From positions 3,069 through 67,068 of the forward strand of contig JAYVZG010000038.1 in assembly GCA_043783565.1 (NCBI GenBank): a stretch of 64,000 nucleotides of DNA, read 5' to 3'. Shown piece after piece: positions 1 to 10,290 of the stretch. The position numbers were made by a program, and so were the translations under genes. Source of the DNA: Flavobacterium sp. (lineage in GTDB: Bacteria > Bacteroidota > Bacteroidia > Flavobacteriales > Flavobacteriaceae). The notes beneath the pieces are model-generated. The model had not been told where the DNA came from. It was given only the letters and a program-made list of their open reading frames with translations, and did no database searches. Numbering within the stretch: position 1 is the first letter of the stretch; each line of letters begins with the position of its first letter.

Positions 1-967
1 CTACCGGAAATGAAAACTTACTACTTCCCAATGGAGTAATAAAATAATTTTTAGTCACAATCGAACTTGGTAAATAACCAGATTTAATCACTTTTGCACG
101 AACAGTTGTGCCTTTAAATACTGGGCTTGTTGGAATATAAGTGGGATCGAAACTATAAGTTGTAGATATTTTTGAAACGTCGTTTGGTTGTGAAGACCTG
201 TCAATAATAGTTATCGGAGCACTATATTGCAAGGTTTGATAACTGTTATTCAATAATGGACCTGCAGTTTGTCCAGGTGTTTCTATATATACATTTTTAT
301 ACGTATAGGTGGTTCCGCCTAGGTTTGTCTCACTCGGTTCGGAACCATCAAGGGTGTATAAAATGGTGGTTCCAGGGTCAGTAGAGGATATAGTCAAACT
401 AAAACTAGCCGGATAAAAACCAGCAACTTGTGAAAATGTGGGTGGATTTAAATTACCGGAATATGCTGTGGAAGAATTAACAGCATTTGGAGTTGGAATT
501 CCAAAATACACAAAGGGCCCAGTGCCATTTGGAGATCGTCCATAAGAAATATTTGCTTGTAAACTTACTGGAGGTACAGTATCTACAGTAACTCCAACGC
601 CATTCGTTAAATATATTGATTCACCATTAGCGCTAATTTTAAAATTGGTATGTAACGGACTTCCTGCAACTGCCCGATTTTTATCTGAAGCCCAAACGAT
701 TAAATATTGCCCAGCAGCAATTGAAACATTTGGAAATATCCATTTGTAGGGAAGTAAAACATCATCACTAATACCATATCCTAGTAAATTAACCGAAACG
801 GCTCCTTTATTATGCAATTCAATCCAATCTTCGTGACTTCCATCAGCATCTTGAATAGAAGTTGTATTGGAAGCTAGTATTTCATTAATTACAATATTTT
901 GACTAAAAACGGTTGAATGAAATGCGAATAAAAAATAGGCATACAATAAATAAGTAATCTTTCTCAT
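1..967 (-). CDS. CotH-kinase family secreted protein, paralog of 1154..4519 (5' part only; runs off the window edge)
   Basis: Not in the ORF track. Manual translation from ATG 967 gives MRKITYLLYAYFLFAFHSTVFSQNIVINEILASNTTSIQDADGSHEDWIELHN..., colinear with the neighbouring gene (lamin-tail-like domain, YTLDGSEP, FKGTTVRAKVIK). The kinase domain lies outside the window. Confidence 0.85.
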   Translation of the reverse strand, partial: MRKITYLLYAYFLFAFHSTVFSQNIVINEILASNTTSIQDADGSHEDWIELHNKGAVSVNLLGYGISDDVLLPYKWIFPNVSIAAGQYLIVWASDKNRAVAGSPLHTNFKISANGESIYLTNGVGVTVDTVPPVSLQANISYGRSPNGTGPFVYFGIPTPNAVNSSTAYSGNLNPPTFSQVAGFYPASFSLTISSTDPGTTILYTLDGSEPSETNLGGTTYTYKNVYIETPGQTAGPLLNNSYQTLQYSAPITIIDRSSQPNDVSKISTTYSFDPTYIPTSPVFKGTTVRAKVIKSGYLPSSIVTKNYFITPLGSSKFSFPV

Positions 968-1087
968 GCGGTTTGCTCTTTTGAGCTATAAAGTTAATTA
1001 TTACTACTTTAAGATTTGTCTAATTGTCGTTACATAACTTATAAATTCGATGAAGTGTAAAAGTTATGGGAAGTACTGTGTTTATTG

Positions 1088-1125
1088 AAAAAAAAAGGAG
1101 AAAACGAATACCGTTTTCTCCTTTT
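1088..1125 (-). terminator. Intrinsic terminator after 1154..4519
   Basis: Perfect 14-bp stem AAAAGGAGAAAACG / CGTTTTCTCCTTTT with a 5-nt loop; the A-run at 1088-1096 gives a U-tail on the minus strand. Confidence 0.8.
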
Positions 1126-1153
1126 AGAATAGAAGATAATTATCTTACAAAAA

Positions 1154-4100
1154 CTATCTTTTAATTATTTTTTTCGTTTCTGTTTTACCATCTGAAATCA
1201 ATTGCATAACATAAATCCCTTGATTTAAATCAGCAAGATTTGCTTGTGAATTTTCTAATTCACCACTCTTAATTAATTTTCCATCGATAGTGAAAACTTT
1301 ATAAGTAACCTTTTGCGTTTCACTCACTCCGATAACATTTACCACATCTACAAAAGGATTTGGGAAGACGCTAAATTTAATTGATGTATTTGAAACCGTT
1401 GCTAAAGGCAATTGAATTCCGCTTAAAGCAATATTGTTAAAACTAATTCTTGCTCCAGTATCAGCAGTCATATTTGTACCAGCAAATCGCAAACGAATTT
1501 TAAAGTTCGAATTGTTATTCGCAGTAAGTATAGTAGAAAGATCTACATTGAATAATTGAAATGCAGCTGTCAAAGGCATATTGCTACTTAATAACCCTGA
1601 AGTTATCCAAACAGGAGCTCCCGAATTTATCGAATAATCTACAACAATTGAAGTAGCATTTGTGAGTTCATTAATTGCAGCAAAAGAAAATTTTATATCC
1701 TTATATCCAGAAGTTGGCAAATTAAAAACCATAGTGTTCTCAAGACTTCCGTTTTGCAAAGGTTCTTTTATTTGCAATCCTTTCATATCATTCACACTAA
1801 AAGGAAGATTGTTATTGGCTTCTGGCATATAATTAATATCCGTTGGACTATTACGTCTTTCCATCGAAGCTTTTCTCCAATTCGGATCAACTGAGGTAAA
1901 AGGATAACCCACCAAACAAGATTGGTATTGAATTAAACCTGTATTAACACCTAAATTATACGTAGAACTTAAAGTTTCTAGAGGTGTATTGTTTGCAATC
2001 GCAGCAGACATCAACCAATAATAAACAGGATGACTAGTTGGAACTATTTCTGGCGTAAACACAGCAGTTACACTAAAACTAGTTGCTGAGTTGATTGTAA
2101 TTTCAGCATTGGTGCTTGAAGAAGCTCCAGTCCAATGGCTAAAAGTATAACCAGGATAAGCAATCGCTTTTATTGTAACGGGTATATTTGAAAAATAAAT
2201 ACCTGTCCACGGATATGGATTTCCAGTAATTGAAGGAGTTCCATCTTTTATGTCAATGGTATTTATTTTAATATAACCATTCGTAACATCAGAAACATCT
2301 AGTGTAGCATTGATATTAGATGCTATTCCAAATTGTGTGCGAATATGATTTCGTTGAAATGCAGGTCTTTGGTTGGCGAAGTTCGTTTGATTGTTCAAGA
2401 AATAATTCCAATCGCCATTGTTTTCTGGAGCTTGCCATCTTGCGAATTGCTGAGGCATTTCAGGATTAAGAACCGACTTCATTTGCGCCATCGTTCCCAA
2501 CACGTTGGAAGTTGAGAAAGAAGTGTTTATCAAATCTGCAAAGCGATTAATAAATTCCAAACGGAACGAATCGTTTTCTAAAAGTTTACGTAAAATCAAA
2601 GTTGAGAAAGGAGCATTTGGCCAATCAGGTCCATTCGGATCAGTAGCTGCGGCTAAACTATTCAGATTGATGTCACTATTCGAAATAGCAAACGTATCAT
2701 CCATATCATGCGCCAACCATCTCCATCTTCCGTCTTGACCTTCAGGAGCATTTGGCTCATAACCGGCAGTTCTTTTTCTCCAATAGTGAATGTTGTTTAC
2801 GGGCCAATCTGTATTTTCTAGAAAAATATTGGTAATGTAATAATCTTTAAAATTTTCTTTGTCCAAACGGGTTTGAACGTAATCATAATTTGCTTGAACA
2901 GTTAAGGAATTGTTAGAAATGTAATTGAACATATTACTATAATTAACAAAATCACCATCATTAATTACAGTTTCATTTTCTAAATGATCCAATTCGTTAG
3001 CATTGATATTGTAAACTCTTTTAAAATAATCTGAATCTACTTTATCGCGAATGCTCTGAACACCCCAATATTCCCCATTTATAAAAGTAATAATTGGTTG
3101 ATATCCTTTGGTTAATACATGTAAAGGACGCATCAAACGTTGACAAAAAGCATCTCTAAAAATTGTTTGATTGTAATCATTACCAGAGTTGTGCATCACA
3201 ATTCCAGCAAAATTATCGTAGGTTTTGTCTGAAAAGAATTTATAATTAATGGAGTTACTACCATAATCAGAACGGGCAAAGATTCCGTAAGATCTGTTTT
3301 GAGCAATTCGAGAAGAACCTCCATGAATACGTAGTCCAGCGTCTTGATTTACAACTTCAGTTCCATTGACAAAATATGAAAAATTTACAGGAACTTCACC
3401 TTGAATTCCACTTCTAAAAAAGTTGGCAACATTTCCAATGGTTGGCGTTTCATCATTAGGATTCGCGATTCTCCAATTATCAAAATCAACTCCAGCTACA
3501 TTAATTCCTTGATTGTAATCGAAGAATTTGTTTTCATCAACACTAATTGAAACGACAGGCAACGTAAATCTAGCCGCCCCTAATGGAGAAACATAATATG
3601 TTTTGGTCATTGTTTTACTTTCTAATGCACCTGGTTTGATTAGTTTAGCTCGAACAACAGTTCCTTTGAATATATTAGTTGTAGGAATGTACCAAGGATT
3701 AAAATCAGTTGTTGTTGATATTGCCGCCAATTTGTTTGGTTGTGAAGTTCGATCTACAATAGTAATCGGAAGATTATATTGCAAAGTTCTAAAACTTTGA
3801 TTTAAAAGTGGACCTGTTACTTGACCTGGTAAAAAAGGATATTGGTTTTTATAACTATAGGTTGTCCCACCAAGGTTACTTTCTTTTGGCTCTGAACCAT
3901 CAAGGGTATACAATATAGTAGCGCCAGGAACACTTGTAGACAAAGTCAAATTAAAACTAGCAATAGAAAAACCAGAATCTTGAGAGAAAGTTGGCGCAAT
4001 TAAGGTTTCGTTAAATCCTATAGTAGAATTAACCGCCGCTGGAGTTACTTGTGAAAAATATACAAAAGGTCCTGTTCCGTTAGGCAAACGGCCATAAGAA

Positions 4101-4519
4101 ACATTTTGCAAAAGTGTAGTAGCAGGAACATTATCTATTGCAGTACCTGAAGTATTGGTTAAAATCACAACATCACCTGCAGAACTTAATTTAAAATTAG
4201 TATGCAACGGAAAAGCAGGGTCGGTTCTGTTTTTATCAGAACACCATACCAATAAGTATTGACCAGGTGCTAAAGTAACACTTGGGAAAGTCCATTTGTA
4301 GGGTAATAAAGCATCGTCGGTTAAACCATAACCGGATAAATTTACAGTAACTGCACTAGCATTAAATAACTCCACCCAATCTTGATAAGAACCATCTTCG
4401 TCTTGGTTGATTGTAGTGTTAGCGGTTAAAATTTCATTAATAACTATTCCCTGACTTATAGCAGATTGGGAAAACAAAATCGAAAGCAAAGCGATAAAAA
4501 ACGGGGTAATTTTTCTCAT
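1154..4519 (-). CDS. T9SS-secreted CotH kinase family protein (signal peptide, lamin-tail-like domain, Fn3-associated segment, CotH kinase, T9SS type A CTD)
   Basis: INEIL..N...DWVELFN (LTD-like); YTLDGSEP; INGEYWG, NTDWPVNN and WLAHDMD (CotH-like motifs); C-terminal FPNPF...GIYVMQL...KKIIKR. Confidence 0.85.
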   Translation of the reverse strand: MRKITPFFIALLSILFSQSAISQGIVINEILTANTTINQDEDGSYQDWVELFNASAVTVNLSGYGLTDDALLPYKWTFPSVTLAPGQYLLVWCSDKNRTDPAFPLHTNFKLSSAGDVVILTNTSGTAIDNVPATTLLQNVSYGRLPNGTGPFVYFSQVTPAAVNSTIGFNETLIAPTFSQDSGFSIASFNLTLSTSVPGATILYTLDGSEPKESNLGGTTYSYKNQYPFLPGQVTGPLLNQSFRTLQYNLPITIVDRTSQPNKLAAISTTTDFNPWYIPTTNIFKGTVVRAKLIKPGALESKTMTKTYYVSPLGAARFTLPVVSISVDENKFFDYNQGINVAGVDFDNWRIANPNDETPTIGNVANFFRSGIQGEVPVNFSYFVNGTEVVNQDAGLRIHGGSSRIAQNRSYGIFARSDYGSNSINYKFFSDKTYDNFAGIVMHNSGNDYNQTIFRDAFCQRLMRPLHVLTKGYQPIITFINGEYWGVQSIRDKVDSDYFKRVYNINANELDHLENETVINDGDFVNYSNMFNYISNNSLTVQANYDYVQTRLDKENFKDYYITNIFLENTDWPVNNIHYWRKRTAGYEPNAPEGQDGRWRWLAHDMDDTFAISNSDINLNSLAAATDPNGPDWPNAPFSTLILRKLLENDSFRLEFINRFADLINTSFSTSNVLGTMAQMKSVLNPEMPQQFARWQAPENNGDWNYFLNNQTNFANQRPAFQRNHIRTQFGIASNINATLDVSDVTNGYIKINTIDIKDGTPSITGNPYPWTGIYFSNIPVTIKAIAYPGYTFSHWTGASSSTNAEITINSATSFSVTAVFTPEIVPTSHPVYYWLMSAAIANNTPLETLSSTYNLGVNTGLIQYQSCLVGYPFTSVDPNWRKASMERRNSPTDINYMPEANNNLPFSVNDMKGLQIKEPLQNGSLENTMVFNLPTSGYKDIKFSFAAINELTNATSIVVDYSINSGAPVWITSGLLSSNMPLTAAFQLFNVDLSTILTANNNSNFKIRLRFAGTNMTADTGARISFNNIALSGIQLPLATVSNTSIKFSVFPNPFVDVVNVIGVSETQKVTYKVFTIDGKLIKSGELENSQANLADLNQGIYVMQLISDGKTETKKIIKR

Positions 4520-4850
4520 GACTTTTTTAAAGTATTGATTAATAAGGGTGTGAAAGTATAAAATTGTTAATAACGTATTCTATTTTTATCGGTACAAAAC
4601 CTATATTCTCTATGAAATGCAGGATTTCAACAACAATCAACTATTAAAATAAGATTTTAAAACCCGATTGATTATGTAAGGTAAAGATGATAATTCTAGA
4701 AAGAATAAACAAAATGGAGGTTATCTTCCTTTTTAGGATAAAAAAAAGGAAGTAACTATTGAATATTTATAGGGTTCTTTGAATAGTTTGTTTTTATAAC
4801 TTTAAGGTAAGTTAAATCTAAACAACGCATGAGTTTATATTTAAAAATCG

Positions 4851-5588
4851 TTATTTAATTCTTTTAGCTATACAAAACACACTCACTCCAAAAGGGAAAT
4901 TAATAAACTTCAATAATTTATTTTCAAAAACCATCAGTATTAGCAATGCCTTATTAACTATACTATTTCCAATAGCAATATCTTTTTCTTCTGATTTATT
5001 CTTTTTAAAACCAGAACTTACAGATCTAAATAGATATACAGGAAGAAAAAGAGAAAAATTCCAATAACTAGATTTTATTATTTCAAGATTTTCGGCTATT
5101 AATTTTGATTTTAATTCCGCTTTTCTATAGCGTCTGAAATGCATATTAACAACATCATGATAACTCCACAGTGATTGGAATGCAGGAACAAAAACATACA
5201 TTTTCCCGCCGATTTTCAATAAATCATTCCAGTTTTTCAATGCTTTTTGATCATTTTCTAAATGCTCTAAACAATCAGATGCTACTATGATATCAAATTT
5301 TTCAGTTAAGGAGATATTTTGAGCATCCATTACAAATGCATTTTCAATTCCGTTAGATTTGCAATTTACAATTGCAGTTTCACTAATATCTATTCCGAAT
5401 AAATTTTGTGTTTCAAATCCTAATTTTTCTAAATCTTTTAAAAAAACTCCTGAAGAACAACCAATATCTAAAACTTTACTGTTTTTAGGAGCACTTCCTA
5501 ATAAATCAAGTAAATAGTTCCTTCTTGATTTAAACCACCAATGTTCTACTTCGACATCGTGGTATTTTCTTTCATAATTTTCTTTCAT
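4851..5588 (-). CDS. Class I SAM-dependent methyltransferase
   Basis: VLDIGCSSG motif I, FDIIVASDCLEH, HFRRY. Confidence 0.85.
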   Translation of the reverse strand: MKENYERKYHDVEVEHWWFKSRRNYLLDLLGSAPKNSKVLDIGCSSGVFLKDLEKLGFETQNLFGIDISETAIVNCKSNGIENAFVMDAQNISLTEKFDIIVASDCLEHLENDQKALKNWNDLLKIGGKMYVFVPAFQSLWSYHDVVNMHFRRYRKAELKSKLIAENLEIIKSSYWNFSLFLPVYLFRSVSSGFKKNKSEEKDIAIGNSIVNKALLILMVFENKLLKFINFPFGVSVFCIAKRIK

Positions 5589-5606
5589 AATTTGGTTGTA
5601 GTTACT

Positions 5607-6542
5607 CTATTCTTTTAGAATTGAAATGTTCTCCTTTTTTAAATATTGATACGTTTCATTAATTCCGATTTGTATAGGTGTAAATTGAAACTCATTCATT
5701 TCTTCTATTAATTTTGAATTATCAAGATCTATAAAAGCATTGTCACTTTTGCGATTCTCTTCATAAATCACATTGAATTCTTCGGGTATTTGAACTTTAA
5801 TAATAGTGACTAAATCATTAATACTAAGCGTATCATTTGAAGATAAATTATAAATCTCTGTGCTATTTAAATCTTTATAGGATGAATTACTCAGTATTCT
5901 AGCAACATCTTTTACATAAACATAATTTCGTATGTTTTCGCCATCACCAAAAACACGTATTTCGTTCTTTGTTAAAATATTTTCGATAAAAGTATTTATG
6001 ATTCCTAACCCTTTTGAAGTATTTTGTCCCTCACCATACACATTTGAGATTCTATAAACATCAAAATTAATATCATATTTATTCTTAAAATAATTTAAAA
6101 AATGCTCCATAGTTAATTTAATAATTCCATACGGAGAAAATGGATGCTTGTCTGAATTTTCAGAAACTTTAAATTTACTTGGTCCATAAATAGTTCCAGC
6201 ACTAGAAACAAACACTATTTTCTTAACGCCAAGTTTTGCAATACTTTCGGTAAATGTAAAAAAAGGGATTAGGTTATTTTCAAACTCTAATAACGGATTT
6301 TCCCAACTTGAAGAAGGAATAGTCGCTGATGCTAAATAATAAACGACATCTATATCAGCAAATTGAAGATTAATTTGTTCTACATTCAGTAAATCAATTT
6401 TAGAGCAATGTAATTCTGTACCTTCTATGCTTTTATCTTCTCTTCCAAAAAGCGAAAGTTTTACAAATGATAATTTAGACATCACATCGACCAGATGTCT
6501 TCCAATAAACCCATTAGCCCCAATGATTCCTATGTTTAACAT
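5607..6542 (-). CDS. NAD-dependent epimerase/dehydratase (extended SDR)
   Basis: GANGFIG, SSAGTIYG, YGIIK (YxxxK), NVYG, RNYVYVKD. Confidence 0.9.
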   Translation of the reverse strand: MLNIGIIGANGFIGRHLVDVMSKLSFVKLSLFGREDKSIEGTELHCSKIDLLNVEQINLQFADIDVVYYLASATIPSSSWENPLLEFENNLIPFFTFTESIAKLGVKKIVFVSSAGTIYGPSKFKVSENSDKHPFSPYGIIKLTMEHFLNYFKNKYDINFDVYRISNVYGEGQNTSKGLGIINTFIENILTKNEIRVFGDGENIRNYVYVKDVARILSNSSYKDLNSTEIYNLSSNDTLSINDLVTIIKVQIPEEFNVIYEENRKSDNAFIDLDNSKLIEEMNEFQFTPIQIGINETYQYLKKENISILKE

Positions 6543-6545
6543 AAT

Positions 6546-7472
6546 CTAAATATTTATAGATTTTTCAATAATAGTATACGGTCTGTTTCTTACTTCATTA
6601 TAAATCCGAACGATATATTCGCCAATTACTCCTAGACAAATAAGTATTATTGAACTAAAAAATGAAACTAAAATAACTATTGTTGAAAAGCCTTTCGTGT
6701 TGATGTGATGCGTATAATAGGCATATATTGTAATTGTTGAATAGCTAAATGCAAACAACAACCCAACCACACCTAAAATTGTAATAATACGTATTGGTAT
6801 TGAAGAAAATGAAAAAACACCATCAAGAGCTATTTTTAATAGTTTTTTTAAAGTGTATCCAGAAACACCATCTATTCTGGCATCTCTTTCATATTCAACG
6901 CCAATTTGTTTAAACCCAACCCAAGCTCTTATTCCTCTCAAAAACGGGTTTTGTTCATCTAATTTTAGCATATTGTCAACCACAATTTTTTTCATCACAC
7001 AAAAATCTCCGCTATCTAATGGAATGTCAGTTTCGCTTAAGCTTTTTAAAATTCGATAAAAACTAGAATAACTGAATCGTTTTATAAAAGACTCTTTTCT
7101 TTTTTTACGAACACCGAAAGCCACTTCATAACCATTGTCTAAATACTTGAAAAAACCAGGCAATAATGAAGGTGGATCTTGCAAGTCGTCGTCAATAATT
7201 GCGATGTAATCACCCGTGCAATTACTTAAACCTGTCTTTACAGCAATTTGATGACCAAAATTCCGTGATAATTTAACACCTTTAATGTATGGGTATTTAT
7301 TGGCCAATTCTTCAATTTTTGCATAACTGTTATCCCTGCTTCCATCGTCAACTAATATCAATTCTAAATTCCATTCAGATGCGATTCGTTCTTTATCTAT
7401 AGCTATTAAAAGGTTGTTCATAAATTCGCTAGAATTATAAACAGGAACAATAATTGAAATTTTTTTTGACAT
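6546..7472 (-). CDS. GT2 glycosyltransferase, GtrB/DPM1-like (polyprenol-phosphate glycosyltransferase)
   Basis: Start moved to MSKKISIIVPVYN at 7472; VDDGSRD, SRNFGHQ, DDDLQDPP, SGDF; two C-terminal TM helices. Confidence 0.9.
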   Translation of the reverse strand: MSKKISIIVPVYNSSEFMNNLLIAIDKERIASEWNLELILVDDGSRDNSYAKIEELANKYPYIKGVKLSRNFGHQIAVKTGLSNCTGDYIAIIDDDLQDPPSLLPGFFKYLDNGYEVAFGVRKKRKESFIKRFSYSSFYRILKSLSETDIPLDSGDFCVMKKIVVDNMLKLDEQNPFLRGIRAWVGFKQIGVEYERDARIDGVSGYTLKKLLKIALDGVFSFSSIPIRIITILGVVGLLFAFSYSTITIYAYYTHHINTKGFSTIVILVSFFSSIILICLGVIGEYIVRIYNEVRNRPYTIIEKSINI

Positions 7473-7701
7473 GCAATACGAATTAAAACAAGAGTTAAAA
7501 AAACAATGAATACATAAAACACACATTATCCGCTAAAAACAAATAAATCACGCAAACTAACAACTTATTTCTTTATTTAGTTTTAATTTGAGATGGAAAA
7601 TGTAAATTTTTATGTTTCAACAAAAACTATTTGTAATTGTTATCAATTTCACCTATAAAAGACAAACTCAAAATAAAATAAAATAAACAAAAATATAAAT
7701 A

Positions 7702-7709
7702 TACTTTTG
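7702..7709 (+). promoter_or_regulatory. Bacteroidota -7 promoter box
   Basis: TACTTTTG matches TAnnTTTG, 35 nt before ATG 7745. Confidence 0.6.
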
Positions 7710-7744
7710 GGGTTTTATCACGTTATTTTAAAATTAAATTATTT

Positions 7745-9616
7745 ATGGAAATTAATGTAAATATTAATAAAAAAACAATACAATTCGATTTTGTTTTTGT
7801 TACAATTTTATTCTTTGCGACAATCTTAAGGTTTTACCACTTAAGCTTTCAAGATATTTGGCTTGATGAAATACATACTCTAAAAGAATCAGACCCAGGA
7901 ATATCTTTTTCAGAGTCTTATCAAGCAATAATGTTTAGAGAAGGAATTCCACATTTTTATTTTTTAATAGTTCGATTTTTTTTAGAGCTGTTTGGTAATT
8001 CCATTTTCATCGCAAGATCAGTTTCTGCTATATCAGGTTTATTATCTGTATATTTTATCTACAAACTTGGAAAAGAAATTTTTAATAAAAACGCGGGATA
8101 TATTGCTGCTATATTATTAACAGTTAATTTATTTCATATAGAATATTCGCAAGACGCAAGATCTTATACAATGTTGGCATTATTTACTATAATTACGTTT
8201 TACAGACTAATCTTATTTCTTAAAAATATAAATCTCAAAAACGCAATTTATCTAGGCCTTTTTTGTGGGTTAATTACTAATTGCCACCCTATTGGATTAT
8301 TAAATGTTGGCGCCATATATTTTCTATTATTTCTTGCGATTTTTTTTATAAAATCAAAACCAGAAAGAGTAACTTTTGTGAAGTTTTCGTTTATTTCAGG
8401 AATTGTTTTTTTAATAGTCTTTTATCCTGTTTATCGGATTGTTGAAAAAGTTTCAGAATACACATCTTTTTGGGTACCTCCATTGTCTGTTAATGAATTA
8501 AAAAATGTTTTTTTACATCTAACTGGTAAATCAGAAATATTGTTTTTTTGTACACTTTTTTTCTTTTTTTATTTTCTTTTTTGTGTTGTACGAAAATCAT
8601 ATAAATTGAATAGAGATGTAATAAAAGAGAATAAAATTTTAACCAGTTTTGTAATACTATTTGTATGGTTTGCTATTGAAGTTGGGGTGATAATTATCAA
8701 GTCATATATTGGAATCTCAATTGTTTTAAGTCGTTATTTTATAGCAGTTTTACCCGCAATGATTTTGATACTTGCAATCGGAATCGAATTAATAAGAAAT
8801 AATGCAATTAAGATTATTTGTCTTAGTCTGATAGTAGGGTATTCGTTATATAATATTTTTATCACAACAGATTATTACAATAGAATAACAAAAACTCAAT
8901 TTAAAGAAACGACGGATATTATTTTAAAAAGAAATGTAACTAATGATAAAGTTGTTTCATCTTGGGGTTGGTTAATGTCTTATTTTTTAAACAAAGACCC
9001 TAATAATAAACCTACAGTTGAGTCAACATTTTTAGATTATATTACTTCAATGCGAAATAATGCCATTAAAATTGAATCATTTTGGTATATTGATGGAAAT
9101 TCAAGACCTTACAATCTATCACAAAATGATGAACAATTTCTTTTGGATAATTTTAATGTAGAGTCAAGTATAAGTAAATATGATGTTTGGACAAAACATT
9201 ATGTTTTAAAGACTGGATTAAACCAACAAAAGATGAATCCAGAAAAACTAGGAATAAAGGATTTCACACCACTTATTCAAGATGGTCAGGGAAATATGAT
9301 GTTTTTTGAAAACAGCACGGTAAAATCAAATGAGTTATTGTTAAGCAAAGGAAATTATGAGTTTATTATTAATGGAATTAGTCTGCCTGAAAAACCTATC
9401 AAAGGAGAAAATGCTCATTTAAGAATACTTATTAATGGAAATGAAATAGAAAACTTTTATCTAAATGAATACAAAAGCTCATCGAATAAAATTGCAACTT
9501 TTTCTTTAGAAAATGAAAAGTCTATTACAATTAAAATATCTTTTGACAACGACCTTTCAATTGATGGTTTAGATAGAAATGCATGTGTATATTCTATAAA
9601 ACTCATCAAAAAATAA
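7745..9616 (+). CDS. GT-C fold glycosyltransferase (PMT/ArnT/GT39-like) with C-terminal soluble CBM60-like domain
   Basis: LRFYHL...IWLDE after TM1, ARSVSAISG, YSQDARSY, about 10 TM segments, RYF; C-terminal FDND...DRN. Confidence 0.8.
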   Translation: MEINVNINKKTIQFDFVFVTILFFATILRFYHLSFQDIWLDEIHTLKESDPGISFSESYQAIMFREGIPHFYFLIVRFFLELFGNSIFIARSVSAISGLLSVYFIYKLGKEIFNKNAGYIAAILLTVNLFHIEYSQDARSYTMLALFTIITFYRLILFLKNINLKNAIYLGLFCGLITNCHPIGLLNVGAIYFLLFLAIFFIKSKPERVTFVKFSFISGIVFLIVFYPVYRIVEKVSEYTSFWVPPLSVNELKNVFLHLTGKSEILFFCTLFFFFYFLFCVVRKSYKLNRDVIKENKILTSFVILFVWFAIEVGVIIIKSYIGISIVLSRYFIAVLPAMILILAIGIELIRNNAIKIICLSLIVGYSLYNIFITTDYYNRITKTQFKETTDIILKRNVTNDKVVSSWGWLMSYFLNKDPNNKPTVESTFLDYITSMRNNAIKIESFWYIDGNSRPYNLSQNDEQFLLDNFNVESSISKYDVWTKHYVLKTGLNQQKMNPEKLGIKDFTPLIQDGQGNMMFFENSTVKSNELLLSKGNYEFIINGISLPEKPIKGENAHLRILINGNEIENFYLNEYKSSSNKIATFSLENEKSITIKISFDNDLSIDGLDRNACVYSIKLIKK

Positions 9617-9656
9617 AAAAAGGCATTACAAATTTATCGATTAAAAAAAAATCTTC

Positions 9657-9664
9657 TACTTTTG
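9657..9664 (+). promoter_or_regulatory. Bacteroidota -7 promoter box
   Basis: TACTTTTG upstream of ATG 9684. Confidence 0.6.
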
Positions 9665-9683
9665 CAACATAAAATTTTAAAAA

Positions 9684-10223
9684 ATGAAAATAGAAAAAAT
9701 TATTACACTTGTTTTATTTGTAGTATTATTTACCTCTTGTAAAAATGAAAACAAAGCCGATTCCAAAACGGAAAAAAAAGAAAATTTTAACATAGAGGTC
9801 GAAATTACTACAAATAAAAATGACAATTTCCCGCTATATTATACAGAGGATGGTACTATAAACTTTAGTGGAACTAATGCAGTTTGGAAAGGTGTTAAAG
9901 GTCAACCCGAAAAACAAACAATAACTCTAGATTTGCCCAATGAAATCATGCCAACTCACATTAGGATTGATTTTGGAATAATTAAGGGTGAAGAACAAGC
10001 GGATATTACTCTCCATAAATTTAAAATGAATTATAATGGTAAATCATTCGAAACAAATGGGTCAAATTTCCTCAGGTATTTTATCAAAAATGATTCTGTA
10101 AAAACAGAAATAGATGTAGCTAAAGGAACGATTACGTTTAAGAAAAATCCTGGAAGTAAAATAGATCGCTTTTATTATCCACAACAAACGATAGTTGATG
10201 AAATTACTAAAATAACAAAATAG
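9684..10223 (+). CDS. Lipoprotein of unknown function
   Basis: Lipobox LFTSC followed by charged KNENKAD (resembles a Bacteroidota lipoprotein export signal). Confidence 0.75.
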   Translation: MKIEKIITLVLFVVLFTSCKNENKADSKTEKKENFNIEVEITTNKNDNFPLYYTEDGTINFSGTNAVWKGVKGQPEKQTITLDLPNEIMPTHIRIDFGIIKGEEQADITLHKFKMNYNGKSFETNGSNFLRYFIKNDSVKTEIDVAKGTITFKKNPGSKIDRFYYPQQTIVDEITKITK

Positions 10224-10243
10224 AAAACTATTGATGTTTTTTT

Positions 10244-10278
10244 AAAGCCATAGATTATTCATAATTTACGGCTTTTTT
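10244..10278 (+). terminator. Intrinsic terminator after the lipoprotein gene
   Basis: Imperfect stem AAAGCCaTAGATTAT / ATAATTTAcGGCTTT followed by a T-run. Confidence 0.6.
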
Positions 10279-10290
10279 TAATTTCTAAAA

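Noticed and set aside
2333-3800. Short plus-strand ORFs inside the CotH gene (and similar 60-120 aa ORFs throughout the window)
   Set aside because: Contained within, or antisense to, well-supported genes; no homology cues
4720-4756. Hairpin GTTATCTTCCTTTTT / AAAAAGGAAGTAAC
   Set aside because: A real inverted repeat, but about 95 nt past the methyltransferase stop and without a clean U-tail; function unsupported
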